20,000 nt of DNA from Catajapyx aquilonaris (GCA_000934665.2 JYFJ02001604.1:55232-75231); one strand, 5' to 3'; shown: positions 1-10,217, counted from the stretch's first letter. Numbers and translations: made by a program. The notes: generated by a model not told the origin, from the sequence alone.

Positions 1-224
1 TGACGTCACGGGTGTTCTGTAAACGGGTGCCACCTCGCTCCGACCAATTAAAAGACTTGCTGTGTTCGCGTCGGAGAGTGGGGGAAGTGTGCGGCGGCCG
101 ACTGCACTTGCACCGCCGGGCCTCGGAGAGTTACGGAGACAGAGGAGGACCTGCGCGGGACAGGACCGCCCCACGGGGGGTGTGGGGGGGGGGGGCGAAG
201 CCCCCAGCCTCGCAAAGCGAGTAG
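1..224 (+). mobile_element. Possible 3' end of a Helitron-like non-autonomous element (truncated by window start)
   Basis: GC-rich segment ending in a G-tract, hairpin GGGGGCGAAGCCCCC (191-205), second hairpin CTCGC-AAA-GCGAG (209-221), then TAG and a switch to AT-richer sequence. The canonical CTRR end is imperfect and the 5' end is not visible. Confidence 0.35.
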
Positions 225-434
225 ATGATAAAGCGCTTTGTATTTCAGAGCTTATTCCAATAATGAAGTTATAAAGATGCAAGTGACGTGGACAACTAGC
301 CATAGTTCAATGATGGTCTCCCAGGTGGAGTTGTGGCCATAAATACTTTTGCGCAATATTAACTGTGCAGAACAATATGCCTCAAGCCACTTTATTCGTA
401 ATACTGTATTTGACCTTACATTGCACATACCGTA

Positions 435-586
435 CTATCGGGTTCAAATACTTTTGGTCACTTTATCCTGGTCTTGAAGCAACCCTTCGCTCAAACCCCA
501 CGAGGTGTTGGTGTGTGTGTGTGTGTGTGTGTGAAGGGTTGCTTCAAGACCAGGATGAAGTGGCCTAAAGTATTTGAACCCGATAG
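435..586. mobile_element. Tc1/mariner-type MITE (152 bp) with 54-bp TIRs and TA TSD
   Basis: 435-488 CTATCGGGTTCAAATACTTTTGGTCAC...AACCCTTC is the reverse complement of 533-586 with 3 mismatches. TA at 433-434 and 587-588. Confidence 0.9.
511..533. repeat. (GT)n microsatellite inside the MITE spacer
   Basis: Perfect (GT)11G run. Confidence 0.95.
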
Positions 587-1589
587 TATATGCACCTAAT
601 ATGCAGATAGAAGTTCGTCACGTTGAGAGAGAACTGACTATAACTTGAAGTGACAGCAATAAAGTTGCAAGGTAAAGTCGCGTCGCCCAATAACCAGGCA
701 AAATGATGGCTCCTGAGTCCAGCCGGTCCCTTAAATACGGGGGAAAATATGAAGTGCCGAGTGAGTGTCATGTAGGAGTCATCTAATGGCTGCATTTCAA
801 CTCGGAATGACTCGCGGGGACAGCTTCTGTCAGGACTGGGGAGAAGCACGTTCCTTAGGCTCCACTTGTGAGTCTGAAGGGGTGACGGGGGACGACCTAC
901 GAGTTGTAGGAGGATTAAGAGCTGCTTTTCCTTCCTCCCACACCGCCTGCCTTCCACAGCCTTCCCACCCTCCTCGTCGCAATCGCCACCTTTCAGGTGC
1001 AAACCGCGATTGGGAAATTGGATTAGAGTTGCTAATGGCTGCCGGGCGAATCGAGTTGGAGCCGCGGTTTCGGTCTCACTCGATTTGTTTTCCAATCCAC
1101 CAAAGGGTGGGAGTAGCGAGGAAGTAGGGAAAGGGGGGGGGGGGATAAGCCGCGGCAGGAAAAAAAAGTTGTAGGATGAGTTAACAACAAAGAAAGGCCG
1201 AGAAAAATCTTTTTCTTTTCGAGTTTGGAGCATTCTTCAGCGGGTTCTTCAATAGCGCGAGTTTTCTGCAGTTAAGAGTTGGGAGGCTCATTAGCTGGTA
1301 TTAGGTACCCGTGCCGTGCAGGTCCTTATTTTTCAATCGGCTCAGCTGATTGGACCTGGTCGATTTGGGATCTGTGGAAGGTGCTTTTCACGGTGTATTA
1401 AAGGCGTGGCGGAAAAATTTCTTGCTCTTGTTAGAAACTGCGGAAATGGGATTTGAATATATGCTCGTTGCAAACTACGCTCAATATGTCAATTTTTCTA
1501 CTTTTTATCTTTCACATATTTCTGCTGGAAAACTAATACAGTAGGCCTCTAGATCGTCCAAGCATACTGTAGAAGCCAAAATCCATGCA

Positions 1590-1690
1590 CATCTTTATCT
1601 GAATTTCACCCTCCTACGACAAACCAAACCTAATACGAATACAAGACGCTCGTCAAGACGCGCTGAATAGTCGCACCATGCTTTAGAAGC
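1590..1690 (+). pseudogene. Possible heavily decayed LINE ORF2 fragment (post-RT region)
   Basis: With frameshifts, 1620-1682 reads QTK..I..YKTLV....E...APC, reminiscent of the TKLxxYKTLVRPxLEYAxPxW motif of LINE ORF2 proteins. The surrounding 1560-2420 sequence is C/A-skewed. Weak. Confidence 0.25.
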
Positions 1691-1863
1691 AAGGTACATT
1701 GCGCATTTGTCGTGTGCCCGTCCGGCTGTATGGGGGACGCTACTTGGAGCCAGGCCTAGTGACCACACCAGCCCAGCCCTTATCCCCTTTGGCCCCAGTC
1801 ACCCCAAAGGAGACGCACAGCTTCTATCAAAACTGTCTTTAATGATCAACACACACTTACAAT

Positions 1864-2153
1864 CAAAGTAACTCTTCTTACTCTCCTGAATTTTGAAAAT
1901 TTTTGGATTTTCTAATTCTGCTTGGCCTATACTCCTACAGTGTTGAGAAAACATCACCTCCGCTGCTAATTCCCACGTTAGCAAGGTGAAAATACAGCCA
2001 AAATGCGATGTTCCGAAGTCACAACACCTGCATCTGGTCGCGAGTCGCCGGTCCCGGCTGCCCGGTCGCGGTCGCCTTTCACCGCGTCTGTAGCGCTCTC
2101 CGGTTCGCGGCACCGGATTTTCAAAATTCAGGAGAGTAAGAAGAGTTACTTTG
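1864..2153. mobile_element. Non-autonomous TIR element (290 bp), perfect 37-bp TIRs, superfamily unclear
   Basis: 1864-1900 CAAAGTAACTCTTCTTACTCTCCTGAATTTTGAAAAT is the exact reverse complement of 2117-2153. CA...TG ends. No TSD evident. Confidence 0.8.
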
Positions 2154-2684
2154 GTTTTCAGTTACAGCACACTCTACTCACATACGAGGCGCGCCCAAGG
2201 GCCCCCACAAACACACTCCATGGGCGGAGGCCACTTTCGCACAACCTCACTCTGGTTTGCCGTAGATCAGTCTGTCCTTTGTCTCTCACTCCATCCCAAC
2301 CATCACCTACTTCCAACTGTCACCACCAGATGGTCATCCTTACCAGGCCCACTACTACTGCCCTCTGTGGCGCCAGGTTCAAGCACAAGGCAATGCCACA
2401 GTGCTCCCATCATTAAGAAAAAGGCGGGGTCGTACCGTACCAACAAACGTTGTCCGAATAAATCGCAACGGTATTGCGTAATTAGACTGAAGCTTGGAAT
2501 GACGTGTTATGGCATAGTCATGTATAGCTGGGATATTTTTCTGCAAATTCCGAGATGGTCTAACAACATTTCGGTCTACTTGATTCGGAATTACCCATTT
2601 ACAGTATTTCGAGGAATTAGGTATTTTGACTTCCACTGCCCCAAGGTCAAAAACAAATCCCAGACAAAATGACTGCTCAATATA

Positions 2685-3120
2685 CAGGGTGTTCATAAAA
2701 AACACCGACACTTTTATATCACCCCCGACCTAGAGACTAGACGATCACATTATGTAGAGGAGTGATTATTCCTGGGCCGCGTCATTACCGCGCAAATTGC
2801 CTTCAAACCGGTAGTATAAAATATCCTGGAAGTTAGGCCACCCAACGAACCCTTCCCCAGTCACAAGGGTCTGGAAGGTCTGGGGGCCGGACTTTGTTGG
2901 TTTGTTGCCCACAGGTGGTAAGGCTTCTATGGCTAGTTACACCTGTAAATTCTATTTAAAAGTCAGAAGGAGCGATTAGGCAAAAATCGCTAATCAGCAA
3001 CGAGTCAATTATCTCAGTAATGAGGCGGTGTAGACATAATGACTCCTCTTCATAGAATGACCCTCACGTTACCATTGGCCACTGGTTATCAGTTTGTCGG
3101 TGTTTTTCATGAACACCCTG
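2685..3120. mobile_element. Tc1/mariner-type MITE (436 bp), TA TSD
   Basis: TIR CAGGGTGTTCAT(A/G)AAAAACACCGACA at 2685-2710 and 3095-3120 (1 mismatch). TA at 2683-2684 and 3121-3122. Confidence 0.92.
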
Positions 3121-3141
3121 TATTATGAGTTATCAGCTTGA

Positions 3142-3422
3142 AGGGAGGCATGGTGGTCTGGTGGTTACGCCACTGGCCAGCGAAGCGGGAGGCCGGGGTA
3201 CAAATCCCGTCCGCGTCCCCGTCACCTCTGCTTGGCCGGGTCTTTTTCCGCTTTTCACCCGACATGTCGGGGCAGAATTGCACTCCCTACTCTGCCCAGG
3301 GCCAGGAGAAAAAGCCTGATGTATTTCAGAAAGTCAGAAATGAATATAATTACAGCGCCCTCCCTTGGGAACCTCCCTTCCCCCCTAAAAGGGCTCCGCC
3401 CTATCACGGGGCATTTTTTTCA
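3142..3422 (+). mobile_element. tRNA-derived SINE (family 1)
   Basis: Head with A-box TGGTCTGGTGG and B-box-like GGTACAAATCC. 17-bp TSD ATGAGTTATCA(G/A)CTTGA at 3125-3141 and 3423-3439. 3' stem-loop at 3382-3411. Confidence 0.88.
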
Positions 3423-3465
3423 ATGAGTTATCAACTTGACCTAAGGAACATGGAAATAGGATGAA

Positions 3466-3725
3466 CTAGCTGCGGTACCCGGCGTTGCCCGGGAAGAAAT
3501 GAATGAAATGAAAACACCTACCTGTAGCTCCGTCAAAATTTCCACGCACAGAGAGCCGCCATGACACTTTTAAGAAGGCCGGGTCCGGGTCGGAAGGACT
3601 GGAGAGGTTGGAGGTGTAGGAAGCGGACCACAGATGGCAGGCAAATGACGTTTGGCGTTACAGGCGGACAGACAGACAGACAGGCAGGCAGGCAGGCAGT
3701 TCACAAACGGCTTTATTTACATAGA
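3466..3725 (-). mobile_element. Non-autonomous Helitron (260 bp)
   Basis: The minus strand begins TCTATGTAAATAAAG and ends with hairpin CCCGGGCAACGCCGGG (3478-3493), 8 nt, then CTAG. It is inserted between A and T with no TSD. Internal (GACA)n(GGCA)n microsatellite at 3667-3699, as in insect non-autonomous Helitrons. Confidence 0.88.
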
Positions 3726-6317
3726 TTTCGATGGACAAAAATCGTGTTACATAGTGTAATATGTGTTCTCGCAAAAATTGCGAAATTTGAAGGCTCTGCG
3801 GGGAATGAATATGAAGTCCGAAAATTATTATAAAAAATTCACCAGTGTTGTACTAGTCCATACACAACCTTTGACGCCCCGGGTGATTTAATTGGACAAC
3901 TTTCATTTTTTTCGCTCCACCATAGGCCCTACTCTACAATTCTACATGCTACACATGATTGCCCATCTTCCGCAAAGAACCCTGTGGCTTATTTTGGTTT
4001 AATTCCTTATGTACATGTAAACATGCTGCCGTTTGTAAAGCCAGGGAACTGTGCTTTGATTACCATAATGAATGAAAAAAACTTTGTTCCTTGCACCCGA
4101 GGAAATATTATCCATGTGAACTTGATACATCTGCAGACGTAGGGCAGGGCAAGACAAGGGCCAAAGGCAAAGTGAGTCTGCTAAGTAAGCCGTTGTTTCT
4201 TGTTTCTGTCTTCAAAGAACTTGAGGTGAATACCTCTACTTTGTCTCCGGGATTAGAATCTCAAATTCCTCCGCCCTTCCTTGTAAGGTACACTGAATTC
4301 CCACCCCCTGGCCCCAGATCTTCCTGCCACCTTTTGCAGTGTTCCCTGAAGACACACGCACATTCCATGAAAAGCAGAATTCGGCAAGAAAAATAATTAT
4401 TTTGTCTAAAAATATTCTAAATAAATTTCCATGCGATTTGAAAAAACTATATGAGTTGCCAAAAATGAAAGCTTCCGGAGACTAAAATCCAGGATGAGTC
4501 AGTCAGCGTTGGTTTGGAGGAGATAGAGGGATGGGGTGGTGTCCGGCAAAATCCGGAATTGCGAAAATAGAGTAGAGTGGACGTGGGTTGGTCCCCAAAG
4601 TGCTGCAATTAGCGCCAAAGTCTAAGCTCATTAGGAGCTCTCCTCCACTTGGGATTTACTAAGATAAACGCCCTCATTAGCTTCGCTTTTCCGACCAACG
4701 CCTCGCCTGCCGCGGAATTTAGTTCGTCACACTCGACACTACGTGCCTGAATTTAGGTGAGCCATACCACATAAACACAATCTTGTATTGTTCGACGGCT
4801 AACCCTTGAAATCAAGATATGGCAAAAAAAACTTTGGTAACTTAAGAAGTCTATTTAGTGCTGAATTTAACATAGTGACTTTTATCATATGCAACTTCAC
4901 ATCTTGCTGTGGATCGCAATAGGAGGACATAATGGGGAAGCTCTGTCGATTGTTGGCACTTTTCGATTATCGTACTGCACGACATACTACGCATGTGCCC
5001 TCGGGGATGGAACTGCACGCGCATGCGCATCCGGCGCGGCGGGATGGATTCGAACACGCATAAGTTCGACTTTGACGCACAAGTCGTAGTTTCAAGTCGA
5101 TATGAGTTCTGACCTTTATTGTACACAACATGCAGGGGAACGCATCGCCTAAACACAACTTGTTAACCATTCACATTTGGCTTCTTACATAATTAATAAC
5201 CTGTGAAACACTCATTATTGATACAGCGATAATTATATACGACAAGAGTCAGTTCGTAAAGCACATTGGTATCATCGCATCGTGAGTTAAAGTTACGGAC
5301 TGAAAACTTCCATTGATGTCATTTTTAACACTCTGATGATATGAAACCTCAATCACCACATCACAGCCAAAAGCTCATTATCTGACAAAGAACTTTTTCC
5401 CCAAATAAATCCCTTCATTTCAAGCATGTGGTGTGTGTTTCCGGTATCAATGGGATTCAGTTAAAACTTGAACAAAAGAGTCGGAGAATTTGGAAAAGAC
5501 TGCATGAGTGTATATATTTTTCAATCAAATAGAAAGTTCAAAGAACTTCCTTACAACATTTGAATATTTCGCCGCATTTCTTTTCCCCCGTCGAATTGTC
5601 TTTTGTGGCCTGGGAAAAGCACGACGTGAATGCCAATTCTCTTGGCACCGAATTAAGTTTCCTCTAGCGTAGAAACGGAGAGTAAAAAGGAGGTGCGGGG
5701 AGAGGGGGGAGGCAAAGGAAGACCTTTTTCGGGGGATTTCAAATTCCAAATCGGCCAACGGGAAGTTTCAATCAGCTGCCTCTCCCTCCCCGATGTCTAT
5801 TTGCCCACATCTCAAAGGGACGACATGAGTCTTCCACTTTCCTTAAATCTCTTCCTCGTTCCAAACCTCCTAAATAATTATTTTTTACGACTTAAAAGGA
5901 GACCTAGTTTTAATCATTGTAATGCTCACTTCACTTTTCCTGGAGAAATCTCTCTCCAGATAAACACTGGGGCGGAAACAATCCCAAGTTTAAAAAATGT
6001 CATGCATATTATTTTTCGCTTCATCGCACTTAAAAGGAACAATTCGTCGCTAATGGAAGCGACGTCTTCATTTTGATAATTAGTGTCTTTTGTTGTTTAA
6101 ATGACCTGCACGCTAATTACGGCGATGGAAGAAAAGTTTCGTTATGTTTACCAACTTGCCTTTTTATATAAGTGGATGGCAAGGCCGGGCAATTACTGAA
6201 AAAACTTACTTTGCACTTTTACATGCATAATACATTGCTCCTCTTTATAAAATTGACTGCAAAGCACATTTTGGAACCGTAATATTGGGATAATAATACG
6301 TACTAGCCAAATGCATT

Positions 6318-6574
6318 GTAATAATAATGGATCCCCCGTGCTAGGCCTCCTTGGGCCTCTTAGGGGATCATCTTTTAATTAACTGTCTTTAATCATTGCC
6401 TTTGCTGTGATGGATTTTGATTGCGGGAGGAAATGGGAGATCCACGAGAAAACCCACGCTAACACAGAGAACCCATGGAAACTCTACCCACATAAGTATC
6501 CTCTATCCTATGCGGGGATCGAACTCGGGACCTCAGAGGTGGAAGGCTGCGGCGCTAACCACTCCACCACCCAT
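6318..6574 (-). mobile_element. tRNA-derived SINE (family 2) with V/Meta-domain-like body and (ATT)n tail
   Basis: Minus-strand head GGGTGGTGGAGTGGTTAGCG...GAGTTCGATCCCC (A and B boxes). Body GCGTGGGTTTTCTCGTGGATCTCCCATTTCCTCCC resembles the V-SINE central domain. Perfect 14-bp TSD TAGCCAAATGCATT at 6304-6317 and 6575-6588. Confidence 0.9.
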
Positions 6575-6940
6575 TAGCCAAATGCATTTTGTAACATACA
6601 CAGACCTACAGAGCTGTTCACTTTCTGTATTATTCAGGTTAGTTCACAGCTTAAATTTGTAATCCAAACCTCCTCAGCAATGTCATAAGCTGTAAATAAG
6701 ATGAGCTGTCGTGAATTGCCCAGTGTGAGAGCGACACATTGTCCATGGACGTCCCTTTCAAGCACGCGTCCATGGCGTAGCTGAAAATAATGGTCGCCAA
6801 AACCACAGTTCACTAAAAATGGCCACGTTTAAGACATTGCACTACACCTTGCACATCTCCTCATGTCATCCTGCCCGTGGGCCCGGGCGATTCGCTCAAG
6901 ATTCCAGCATTGTACTGCATTGTACTTCAAGTATAATAAA

Positions 6941-7008
6941 GGTCCGTGCCGCATACCCTATATAGGGTCAGGCACTACCCAAGGATTATTATAATATTAT
7001 TATTATTA
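6941..7008 (+). mobile_element. Possible 5'-truncated SINE/LINE 3' stub
   Basis: Hairpin GTGCC..ACCCTATATAGGGT..GGCAC followed by an (ATT)n tail. No clear TSD. Confidence 0.4.
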
Positions 7009-7032
7009 ATGGTCTCCAAAAGAGGCATGGAA

Positions 7033-7947
7033 CAAAGAGCTTATACTAGGAAGAGTGGAAAAAACGGTTTCCAAGCGTCGCCACTTTTTGGCCAGTTGTT
7101 TGGCCAACGTGTTTTGCTGTTGGCTCACTACGCGGCGCCACGGTCGAGTGCTGTCGAGATGAATTTCAATAAACTGTGTTGATTTAATATCAAGAGGCAC
7201 ATAATTAAGAGTTATAAATCTAAAAACTGACCAATATGAGGTCGTATGGGGTTAAGGAACTAATTTTGGACCCGAAACTGATATTCTGCGCAGCTGGCCA
7301 CCCTGCACCTAACAATACAAATAATCACCTCGTTGCTTAGAAATCACGTTCGAATTTCGAAATTGGACAAGTTCCTTTGCCGGCATAGTGTGGCGTAGAC
7401 GTTCGGGTGCCGCGTGCTACTACTGATGTTCGCGCACAGGGTCTCGGATCACATTCTTTTCGTTACCAAAGGGCCCTCCACGGTTCTCGAGTTCACGGGA
7501 AGAAGAACAAGCCCGTCCCGCCAGGACAAGATGGACATAGCAGCGGGGGGTATATCTTCCTGTCATGTGACCATCACCATGTTCAGTAGGCCTATCATTA
7601 TCAGTGTGTACCTTGGTGTGTATTGTATAGAGCAGAGTGTGGGATTGTACTGGCAATCAATAAACTTCTGGCAAATAATGTTTGCTTTTCATGGTGGTTT
7701 TTTTATTCACAGGTCTTCTGCAACGTGTTTTGTCGGCAATTTGACGGGAGTATACTAGTACTTATGACTTATTTCCAACCTCTGGGCATTTTATTGCCAT
7801 ATTTCCGGCACTGCCACGATCTACCGTATTGTACAATACAGTATCGAGTTTGGCTGTCGACTCGCCAGGTGGCAGGTCAGTCGATTGGAGACACGGTTGC
7901 TATGCTACCAGTTGTTTTTTCCACTCTTCCTAGTATTAAACTCTTTG
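7033..7947. mobile_element. Non-autonomous DNA transposon (915 bp), 8-bp TSD, P- or hAT-type
   Basis: TIR CAAAGAG(C/T)TT(A)ATACTAGGAAGAGTGGAAAAAAC at 7033-7065 and 7914-7947. Perfect TSD GCATGGAA at 7025-7032 and 7948-7955. Confidence 0.92.
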
Positions 7948-8013
7948 GCATGGAATGTATGTTTGTTTTTCTTCTACACTACCTTCTTAGTGGAAGCGGT
8001 TCAACTAATATTA

Positions 8014-8170
8014 CCCTGTAATGCCCCTTGGGTCATATCTGGCACACCATTTAGTGCGATTTGGCACTTACAGGAAATATAAAAATTGCAAAAGTTGCAC
8101 AAATTGCACTAAATGGTGTGCCAGATATATGACCCGGTGGGCATTACTTAGATTAGTGGGCATTACAGGG
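8014..8170. mobile_element. piggyBac-type MITE (157 bp)
   Basis: Termini CCCTGTAATGCCC / GGGCATTACAGGG. TTAA on the right (8171-8174) and TTA on the left. Internal inverted repeat GGGTCATATCTGGCACACCATTTAGTGC at about 8030-8063 and 8100-8135. Confidence 0.85.
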
Positions 8171-8249
8171 TTAAGCAAAAGCGGCAAATTGTGATAAAAG
8201 CAATTCCTTTAGTACAGTTGTTAATATATTGGACCAATTAAAACGATTT

Positions 8250-9298
8250 GGCCCTGTGTTCCGACAATTTCACCCCTTAGGACTCGAATGGGCGGCCATT
8301 TTCCAAAATAGCTGCAGAGTTTTTTTTTTTTTACATTTTTTTGTTGTCGTAAACTTATAACTAAGTCATTGGTCTTCTTAGACTAAACCGGGGTCGGAGA
8401 TTACAAATCTGCAGTCAAAACAGTGAATAAGCAATTTTTCGAACGTTTTCAGGACGATTTCTACGAAAAAGTTCACATCTGTGTGGAACTTGGTGTGGAA
8501 GTAAATAATGCCGTAATGGCGGTTGATCTTGACGGCTTATATGCTGGGCTGCAGTGATCATTCTGGTGCCATTTCGCATTTCCTAGGTTTTCGGGGTCAA
8601 GAACTCAATTCTGACATTTCCAAAGCCCTCAGAGGTCAAAGGTCATTGTCTGGAGTACGGATAGTACATGAGTTCCGATAGCCGCTGGTGGTCCTCTACC
8701 GCCATCCACCTCTTCTGCGATGATACTGATGGTTTTTGACTGTTATGGATTCTATTTTTTTTTGTATTTCTGATACTTAATATTAATTATTAATAAACGT
8801 ACAGCATTTTATAAGAAATGTTATTGCAAAATGGGGGCAATTCCAACACCAAATATAAACTTACAAGTAGCTATGCACAATACTGCATAGAACGGAATCT
8901 ATTTAAAAAAATACATCACTAGGGAGAAGTTCCTCTCTTTTCAATTTTACATTTCTTTTATGTTAAAAAGAAAATATCAGAAAAATGTTAAATATATTTT
9001 TCCAGCAAGTGTTGGAATTACGTCACAATTTATTACAACAGTCGGGCGGGCTGGCAAGAGTCAAGGCAAGAGTACAGTGGTTTGAACCTGGCTGAAGCCG
9101 TTCAACCAGATTCAAACCACTGCACTCTTACCTTGACGACTCTTGCCAGCCCGCCCTACTCGATTCAAACAGACCGTAATAAATAAATTGATTACTGCCA
9201 TATTTCTAATTGTTTTATAACACCGACCGTGGTTATCGCCACCTACGATTTTTCCCATCCCCTCGCGCTCGCTTGACCCGTGACTCTTATACACCCTG
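8250..9298. mobile_element. Degraded repeat-like region ending in an orphan Tc1/mariner-type terminus
   Basis: ACACCCTG|TA at 9291-9300 (CAGGGTGTATAAGAG on the minus strand). Internal motifs GGCGGCCATTTT, ACTAAACCGGGG (also reversed at about 19597-19609) and TTTTCGGGGTCAAG. The partner TIR was not found, so the left boundary is a guess. Confidence 0.35.
9040..9160. mobile_element. Short fully palindromic MITE (~120 bp)
   Basis: GGGCGGGCTGGCAAGAGTC-AAGGCAAGAGTACAGTGGTTTGAACCTGG pairs with CCAGATTCAAACCACTGCACTCTTACCTTGAC-GACTCTTGCCAGCCCGCCC, with a few mismatches and one 3-nt indel. No TSD recognised. Confidence 0.8.
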
Positions 9299-9307
9299 TA
9301 TACTATA

Positions 9308-9864
9308 CAGGGTGCTCAAAAACTCGCGGAAAGTCGCCAGGTAGCCTGACAGGACTCGCAAAACTAATGTAGGGATGTGGAAGTAGTTTTGGGCTAACTT
9401 GCATAGTTTTTGCGTACGACGCCCTTAAGATTTCGGAAGTTTAATGACGTCACTTCCGCCTTGAGGCCCCATTGCGTCATCATTACATGTTGTTGGGGCT
9501 GTTGCCATTGGCACTGATTATTGGTGCGAATATTGTCAACTGTGATTGTTGAGAAATAAACAACGATTTCAGTCTGGCAATTGAGGTGTCGACTGGCCAC
9601 AGATACCGTTGTTTATTTCTCAACAATCACAGTTGACAATATTCGCACCAATAATCAGTGCCAATGGCAACAGCCACAACAACATGTATGATGACGCAAT
9701 GGGGGCCTCAAGGCGGATGAGACGTCATTAAACTTCCGAAATCTTAGGGGCGTCGTACGCAAAAACTATGCAAGTTAGCCCAAAACTACTTCCACATCCC
9801 TATATTAGTTTTGCGAGTCCTATCAGGCTACCTGGCGACTTTCCGCGAGTTTTTGAGCACCCTG
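9308..9864. mobile_element. Long-palindrome Tc1/mariner-type MITE (557 bp; ~258-bp arms, 41-bp spacer)
   Basis: 9308-9565 is the reverse complement of 9607-9864 with about 6 substitutions and 2 single-base indels by manual comparison. Ends CAGGGTGCTCAAAAAC. TA at 9306-9307 and 9865-9866. Confidence 0.95.
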
Positions 9865-9880
9865 TATACAGGGAGTTTCA

Positions 9881-10160
9881 ACCGAAGCAGGTTGGTGTAG
9901 GCCTGTAGGGGATATGTAGCCCGCTTGCTAATCGGGAGGTCCTGGGTTCTAATCCCGGGGCCGGCGACCCTGACCATGGTTTTCTGTGGATTTCCATGGT
10001 CCCCTCCAGGACAATCCCGGGGTCATTTCCGTAAAAATAGGCCACGGTCGCTTCCATCCTTCCCTATCCTTGGTCCCATCCAATGGTGGTAACCCACCCC
10101 CCTAAGGGAGCCAAAGGCTCTAGCACGGGGTATGATAAATAAATAAATAAAAATAAAAAA
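9881..10160 (+). mobile_element. tRNA-derived SINE (family 3) with insect-type central domain and A-rich tail
   Basis: A-box-like TGGTGTAG and B-box GGTTCTAATCC. Body GGTTTTCTGTGGATTTCC...CCCTCCAGG...TAGGCCACGGTCGCTTCC resembles termite Talua-type SINE bodies as recalled. (TAAA)n tail. TSD TATACAGGGAGTTTCA at 9865-9880 and 10163-10178. Confidence 0.9.
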
Positions 10161-10217
10161 TATATACAGGGAGTTTCAGAAAGATAGAGATAAATATTTA
10201 GATTTTAGAGGATCACT

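Noticed and set aside
565..1233. Longest ORF (222 aa, minus strand)
   Set aside because: Low-complexity translation with no recognisable domain. It crosses homopolymer tracts and ends inside a MITE TIR.
2003..2672. Overlapping 137-aa and 173-aa ORFs; shared peptide IFKIQESKKSYF on both strands
   Set aside because: The shared peptide is just the TIR read twice. The ORFs span TE boundaries and have no domain signal.
3142..3220. tRNA genes (also 6500-6572, 9881-9965, 10525-10597)
   Set aside because: A and B boxes are present, but the cloverleaves are degenerate and each continues into a body and tail flanked by TSDs, so they are SINE heads.
4137..4171. Possible micro-exon (CAG|...|GTGAGT)
   Set aside because: Weak polypyrimidine tract, no neighbouring exons or homology. 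Cannot be supported without RNA data.
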